Assembly: GCA_048883105.1 (NCBI GenBank)
Contig: JBHLQY010000002.1
Coordinates: 1 to 60,564, forward strand
DNA length: 60,564 bases
From: Candidatus Thorarchaeota archaeon
Lineage (GTDB): Archaea > Asgardarchaeota > Lokiarchaeia > Sigyniarchaeales > SOKP01
Reading direction: 5' to 3'
The notes below the pieces were generated by a model. That model had not been told where the DNA came from. It did no database searches and worked only from the letters and a program-made list of their open reading frames with translations. The position numbers and the translations under genes were made by a program. Positions 57,246-60,564 of the stretch are shown here, in pieces (within the stretch, counting starts at the first letter, position 1; every line of letters starts with the position of its first letter).

Positions 57246-58183
57246 TGGCAAAGAGACCTGCATATAGCAATTTGATGAAAGAGATAAGAGCTGGAAAATT
57301 TGTCTTTTCTGGAGAATTAGAACCCACAAAGATGTACGATATCCGTTCAGTTTTACATTCCGCTGAAGAAATGAAAAAAACTGGAAAGATAGTAGCTGCA
57401 AATGTAACTGACGGTCCACAAGGAGATGCATATACTTGTTCAATGGTCCCAAGTTACTTGGTTCAAGAAAAAGTAGGGTTAGAAGCAGTCTGGCAAATGA
57501 CTGTGAGAGATAGGAATAGAATTGCCTTATTTGGCGATGTTGTTGGAGGGGCAATCCTTGGACTTAAAAATATCCTCACTTTAACTGGTGATCATACGGC
57601 GTTAGGGGATAATAAAAACGCTAGACCCGTTTATGATTTGGATAGTACACAGTTCATTGAATTGGTGTCAAAAATAGTCGATGAGGGTACCGACTTGGAA
57701 GGCAAAGAAATCGAAGGTGGTAAAATTGAAATGAATATAGGATGTGCTGCAAATCCAAATGCGCGCCCACCATATCTTGAGCCCGAGATCCTTAAAGTAG
57801 GAAGAAAAGTTGAGGTGGGTGTCGATTTTATTCAAACGCAAACGGCATTTGACATTGATGAAGCAAAAGAATTCTTAAAAGAGCTAGAAAGATACGATGT
57901 TCCTGTGTTACTAGGCTTGTTTCCTTTGAAAAATTACGGTATTGCTTGGTACTTTGATAAATACATACCTGGCGTGAGTGTTCCAAAAGATCTTTTGGGA
58001 AAATTAAAATCCGCAAAAAAAGTTGAGAACAAAAAAGAGCGAAATGCTAAGATTGATCAAATTAACATAGATTTCTTTCTGCCATTTATAAACGAAATAA
58101 GGAAAACCACTAAAGCAGCTGGAATCCATTGTATGGCTGTCCATTATGAAAGACTGTTTGGACCGCTATTAAAAGATTTTTAA
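57245..58183 (+). CDS. metF: 5,10-methylenetetrahydrofolate reductase (MetF, acetogen type)
   Basis: FVFSGELEPTK, AANVTDGPQG, LTLTGDH and FIQTQTAFD. The ATG overlaps the metV stop codon (TAATG). Confidence 0.85.
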   Translation: MAKRPAYSNLMKEIRAGKFVFSGELEPTKMYDIRSVLHSAEEMKKTGKIVAANVTDGPQGDAYTCSMVPSYLVQEKVGLEAVWQMTVRDRNRIALFGDVVGGAILGLKNILTLTGDHTALGDNKNARPVYDLDSTQFIELVSKIVDEGTDLEGKEIEGGKIEMNIGCAANPNARPPYLEPEILKVGRKVEVGVDFIQTQTAFDIDEAKEFLKELERYDVPVLLGLFPLKNYGIAWYFDKYIPGVSVPKDLLGKLKSAKKVENKKERNAKIDQINIDFFLPFINEIRKTTKAAGIHCMAVHYERLFGPLLKDF

Positions 58184-58197
58184 TATAGTAAAACATA

Positions 58198-58207
58198 TTT
58201 TTTTTTT
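58198..58207 (+). terminator. Oligo-T tract (10 T) after metF
   Basis: TAA at 58181-58183 is followed 14 nt later by tttttttttt. Confidence 0.4.
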
Positions 58208-58246
58208 AATTTATGAAAATAATAAAATTAGAATAAACAAAGAAGA

Positions 58247-58708
58247 ATGAAAAACCTAGACGATAAAGATAAGAAAATCATTGAAATGCTTCTGGAGGAT
58301 GCAAGAAGGCCCTATCGTGAGATTGCTGATGAAGTAGGGTTATCTGAATCAACAGTGAGAAAGAGAGTAGTTCGCTTACAAGAAGGAGGAATTATTGAGA
58401 AATTTACAATTAAAATTTGTCGTGAAGAGGAAAGATGCATATATGCTTTTATTACCCTTATTCCTAAGAATGAATCTCAAATAAAGGAATTATTGAGAGA
58501 AACTATAATACTTCCGCAATGTGAAGAAGTATATAAACTCGATGGGAGATGCGGTGTATTATTAAAAGTAAATGTACCTGACACTAATGAGTTGGACGCT
58601 TTAATAGAATCGTTTCGCGCTCGAAGTGATATTGATACTGTTGAAAGAGTTTGCGTAGTTTTAAAACCAATAAAAACGATCTCTCAAAATGCTAGTGGGC
58701 CTCTGTAA
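58247..58708 (+). CDS. Lrp/AsnC-family transcriptional regulator
   Basis: LDDKDKKIIEMLLEDARRPYREIADEVGLSESTVRKRVVRL forms the HTH. A RAM-like C-terminal domain follows. Confidence 0.85.
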   Translation: MKNLDDKDKKIIEMLLEDARRPYREIADEVGLSESTVRKRVVRLQEGGIIEKFTIKICREEERCIYAFITLIPKNESQIKELLRETIILPQCEEVYKLDGRCGVLLKVNVPDTNELDALIESFRARSDIDTVERVCVVLKPIKTISQNASGPL

Positions 58709-58756
58709 ATCTAAAAATAGGATATATCATAATTTTCTTGTAAAAGAGCTTGTTCT

Positions 58757-59788
58757 TCAACACACAAATAGGATTTTTCCATCTTTCTCAATTCTTTTAA
58801 CTCTCTCTTGATTTTCTAGATAAATAAGATGTGCTAAAACTTCGCTTAGCGCTAAATAACTGTTAATTTCGTCTAAATCATCTCCAAAGTGCATTTGAGA
58901 TATTCTTACGGGAGTCATTGGATTGAATTCAATTAAACTTGAAATTTCATTGAGTCTATTCTTGTGATGTTCCTTAATTTCTATTATTCGCTCATGAGGA
59001 TTATAAATGACTTCTTGATGGGCTGGAAAGATGATCTTTGGATTTAATTTATCGATCCTGTCTAACGATTTTAAATAATGGTCCAAAATATTTTCAAAAT
59101 CATAGTTTCTATATTTTGGAATTACCAGAAAATTTCCAATATGTGGTGTAATTCTTGAAAGAATGTGATCTCCAGAATATAAATATTGATTTTTTTGATC
59201 GTAGACACAAATATGGCCGAGAGAGTGCCCTGGAGTCCAAATAATTTCTAATTTATTCGTATCAAAAGAAATTTCATCGCCGTCTTGTAACAATTTGTCT
59301 GGCTTGTGATATCTTCTAAATTTGGACCACATAGTAAACCATTGAACCAACATTTTTCCTTGAGCTTCACTAATCCCGAATTTAAGCATCTTCTTGGCAA
59401 TTTCCTTAGCATTATTTTCTAATTCTTCAAGATTGTTTGGATCGCACTCCCATTTAAGCGTTTCATGAGTCACTTCTGACATCATAATCTGAATATTTGG
59501 ATTCTTCCGTTTAAATTTCTTAGTTAAGCCAATATGGTCCAAATGATTATGTGAAACGATGCAATAATCAATATCTTCAATAGATATATTTATCTCTTGA
59601 AGTGAAGAATAAAATGATTTGTCCCAATTACCCATATTTAATCCAGCATCGTAGAGAATATATTTATCATCGATTCGGAATAAATATATGCACACAAACT
59701 TCACGTCGAAAGGCACATCGATCTTAAAACGATAAACCCCTTCTATTTGACTGAATTCCGATTTAAATCTCGGCAAAATTTGATCCAA
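58757..59788 (-). CDS. Metallo-beta-lactamase-fold hydrolase
   Basis: HNHLDH (HxHxDH), TPGHSLGH and SGDHIL. A winged-helix-like tail of about 90 aa follows. Confidence 0.8.
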   Translation of the reverse strand: MDQILPRFKSEFSQIEGVYRFKIDVPFDVKFVCIYLFRIDDKYILYDAGLNMGNWDKSFYSSLQEINISIEDIDYCIVSHNHLDHIGLTKKFKRKNPNIQIMMSEVTHETLKWECDPNNLEELENNAKEIAKKMLKFGISEAQGKMLVQWFTMWSKFRRYHKPDKLLQDGDEISFDTNKLEIIWTPGHSLGHICVYDQKNQYLYSGDHILSRITPHIGNFLVIPKYRNYDFENILDHYLKSLDRIDKLNPKIIFPAHQEVIYNPHERIIEIKEHHKNRLNEISSLIEFNPMTPVRISQMHFGDDLDEINSYLALSEVLAHLIYLENQERVKRIEKDGKILFVC

Positions 59789-59861
59789 ATAATTTTAATT
59801 AGTTATAAAAAAAAAGGAAATAATTTGTATTTTCCCTTTTTATCTAATAAAATAAATTAAT

Positions 59862-60161
59862 CTATCCATTTCCATTTTTTTTATCTTTGGATGTTTCGTC
59901 ATCGCGCGGAAAGAAGAGGCATTTTTTCATATCAAATTCTAAAAACCTCAATTTTCTTTTAATTTCATCGGCGTCATAATCATGTTTCAATAGATCTACA
60001 ATAGTCTCTTTTAATTGTGTTAAATTATCAACAGCACATTGATAAAAAATATCGTTTTCATCAAGCTTCATACTTAAAATATCAAATAAACCAGTAAGCG
60101 CGTTTTTTACTCGTTTATAATAACTCCAGGCCTTGTCCAAATCTTCATCTGAATTTGACAC
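59862..60161 (-). CDS. Hypothetical small helical protein
   Basis: 99-aa ORF with an ATG start and no motifs. Confidence 0.35.
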   Translation of the reverse strand: MSNSDEDLDKAWSYYKRVKNALTGLFDILSMKLDENDIFYQCAVDNLTQLKETIVDLLKHDYDADEIKRKLRFLEFDMKKCLFFPRDDETSKDKKNGNG

Positions 60162-60201
60162 TACAAAATAAATAAAAAAAGTTAATAATAAAAATTTTTC
60201 T

Positions 60202-60555
60202 TTATAAAACTGATTTAATTTGTTTCGCTAATTCTTTGGCGTCTTCTTCAGAAGACTCGAGAATATTAAACAATTTCTCAGGTGCGACCATTAACGATGC
60301 ATCTATTAGTTTTTCAAGCCCTATTATAGTGTTGAGACGATCATTTTTCTGCAAATGGAATATAACTCTACCTAATTCGTTTTTTAATGCTCCTCTTTCG
60401 GTGTTCAATAAAATTTTTAGAAGCGCAGGGCAAACCTCGTCCCGAGTTTCCTGACTAATATGACTTGAAAAAGAATATATTTGATTTCGTTGTTCATCAG
60501 ATAGTTCCTTCTGTTTAATTTTTTCTATTATTTCCATTCTTTTTTTCACATCCAA
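60202..60555 (-). CDS. Hypothetical helical protein
   Basis: 117-aa ORF with an ATG start and no motifs. It lies close to the window edge. Confidence 0.35.
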   Translation of the reverse strand: MDVKKRMEIIEKIKQKELSDEQRNQIYSFSSHISQETRDEVCPALLKILLNTERGALKNELGRVIFHLQKNDRLNTIIGLEKLIDASLMVAPEKLFNILESSEEDAKELAKQIKSVL

Positions 60556-60564
60556 TTTTTTTTT

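Noticed and set aside
57105-57554. A 149-aa minus-strand ORF spanning the metV/metF junction, and the 55568-55792 ORF across hdrC/hdrB.
   Set aside because: They are antisense to translationally coupled genes with strong family motifs, and no motifs of their own are present.
1-60564. CRISPR arrays, transposons or IS elements, prophage genes, inteins and in-frame stop (Sec/Pyl) recoding in hdrA or other genes.
   Set aside because: - No spaced direct repeats were seen.
- No transposase or integrase motifs were seen.
- All large proteins are explained by their domain content.
- hdrA is an uninterrupted ORF.

Overview
The window is an AT-rich archaeal chromosomal segment that is densely coding. 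I count about 58 supported protein genes and found no rRNA, tRNA, CRISPR array, integrase or transposase. All calls rest on reading the supplied ORF translations for family-specific motifs; no searches were run.

Gene content falls into four groups.

1. Archaeal information processing:
- Rpo3/RpoD-eL18-uL13-uS9 cluster, thermosome and an Sm-like protein.
- Rio2 kinase, Clp1-type polynucleotide kinase, TrmI and TrpRS.

2. Anaerobic C1 and pyruvate metabolism:
- A 2-oxoacid:ferredoxin oxidoreductase whose gamma gene is split from delta-alpha-beta by a 4.9-kb histidine kinase gene with 11 PAS modules.
- A tandem-HdrA-MvhD fusion followed by hdrC-hdrB-metV-metF.
- SHMT, an FmdE-like protein and GTP-dependent PEP carboxykinase.

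3. Biosynthesis and sugar genes:
- aroC, aroA and hisI.
- A cluster of a TPP enzyme, a Zn-ADH and a GH4 glycosidase.
- Two tandem GPH-type transporters.

4. A striking load of eukaryote-like signalling genes:
- A Rag/Gtr-like GTPase with a roadblock-like tail.
- A second small GTPase fused to a winged helix.
- A PPP phosphatase.
- A vWA protein carrying a C4HC3 (PHD/RING-variant) zinc finger.

This combination suggests an Asgard (Lokiarchaeia-like) genome, which is an inference.

The best candidate for an undescribed system is the gene pair at 17523-20138. It encodes an apparently circularly permuted TTL/YheCD-like ATP-grasp ligase next to an M14-type carboxypeptidase-like protein, that is, a possible add/remove C-terminal amino-acid modification module. 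Runners-up are the vWA-C4HC3 finger protein and the GTPase genes, one of which has a P-loop that lacks an in-frame start codon.
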